This document shows, piece after piece, positions 63,537 through 64,000 of a DNA stretch of 64,000 nt (its first letter is position 1; each line of letters starts with the position of its first letter). A program made the translations under genes and the position numbers. Location: contig NZ_QFWH01000001.1 of NCBI RefSeq assembly GCF_003149375.1, positions 419,593 through 483,592 of the forward strand. Direction: 5' to 3'. Origin of the DNA: Vampirovibrio chlorellavorus (GTDB lineage: Bacteria; Cyanobacteriota; Vampirovibrionia; Vampirovibrionales; Vampirovibrionaceae). The notes under the pieces are model-generated. The model had not been told where the DNA came from. It saw only the letters and a program-made list of their open reading frames with translations, and ran no database searches.

Positions 63537-64000
63537 TGAAACAGGCACCGGACGCGATTTATATTGTCACCGCTTCTCCCGCCCGGGCAGAGGCTATTCA
63601 GCAGGTGATGGTGCTGCGGGGCTTTGACGAACTGATCTGTATGCCCCTGGGGGCCATTGACTGGAAGGCTGTGGAGCCCGCCAACCAACCCGCCCTGCTG
63701 ATTGTGGATGCGGAGGGGAATGAGGCTGCCTTACTGGCGTTTATGGCCACTGTTCCTGCCGGGGTCAAGCCACTGGTTTTGGCGGATCGTTTTGAGGAGT
63801 CTCTGTTTTTGGCCTGCCACGATGCCGGGGCTCGTGACTTTATGGTGAAGCCGGTTCCCGATGCCTACCTGATGTCCCGAGTTATCAGCATGTTGCAGGA
63901 GCATCGGTTGGCCCAGATCGCCCGGCAAAAGGATCAGATTCTGGAAGAGTTGGGCGTGATTTCGGCTCGTTCTGGGGTGTTGACCACCAACTACCTGCTC
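63537..64000 (+). CDS. Response-regulator receiver-domain protein, cut by the window end
   Basis: CheY-like IYIVTASP...LLIVDAEG...KPLVLADR...GARDFMVKPV. It continues beyond base 64000. Confidence 0.6.

Noticed and set aside
1-64000. CRISPR arrays, transposases, integrases, phage genes, tRNA and rRNA genes
   Set aside because: None were seen. There are no short regularly spaced repeats, no DDE or tyrosine recombinase motifs, and no tRNA-like cloverleaf candidates in the intergenic regions I inspected.

Overview
This 64-kb window is a chromosomal segment from a high-GC (about 58-60%) diderm bacterium; the outer-membrane lifestyle is inferred from apolipoprotein N-acyltransferase (lnt) and a Tad/Flp secretin. 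Almost all of it is coding, with no transposase, integrase, CRISPR array, rRNA or tRNA. Housekeeping genes make up most of it. A complete glycine-cleavage operon (gcvT, gcvH, gcvPA, gcvPB, with a split P protein) lies on the minus strand. Also present are ruvC, bioD, pth, tlyA, prfB with the programmed +1 frameshift (start and shift site mapped from the raw sequence), aroQ, sppA, yifB/comM, mnmG, asnS, an aldehyde dehydrogenase, ubiE/menG, a D-aminopeptidase and an LD-carboxypeptidase that is cut by the window start. Recognisable modules are a six-gene Tad/Flp pilus locus (cpaB, cpaC, cpaE, cpaF, tadB, tadC) that lacks a pilin gene, and a three-gene flagellar mini-cluster (fliJ, fliK-like, flgE/flgG-family) behind a sigma-28-like promoter. 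A DUF2227-gltP-TPR-GGDEF co-directional gene string and a YtxH-DUF948-YtxH triad are also present. The points most worth a second look are listed next. First, a protein whose core aligns convincingly to the eukaryotic mitochondrial fission process protein MTFP1/MTP18, aligned from my recollection of the human sequence. Second, a tandem pair of WYL-domain regulators resembling PafB/PafC, with palindromic candidate operators just upstream. Third, an 898-aa acidic, Pro-rich low-complexity protein carrying six DPF and two FDF motifs, followed by an HTH/zinc-ribbon protein. Fourth, a membrane protein with seven perfect-period 36-bp tandem repeats and a mosaic GC profile. Fifth, several unrelated proteins that begin with Pro/Ser/Thr/Asn-rich tails. 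Sixth, two low-GC Lys-rich ORFs and an AT-rich islet that look foreign.
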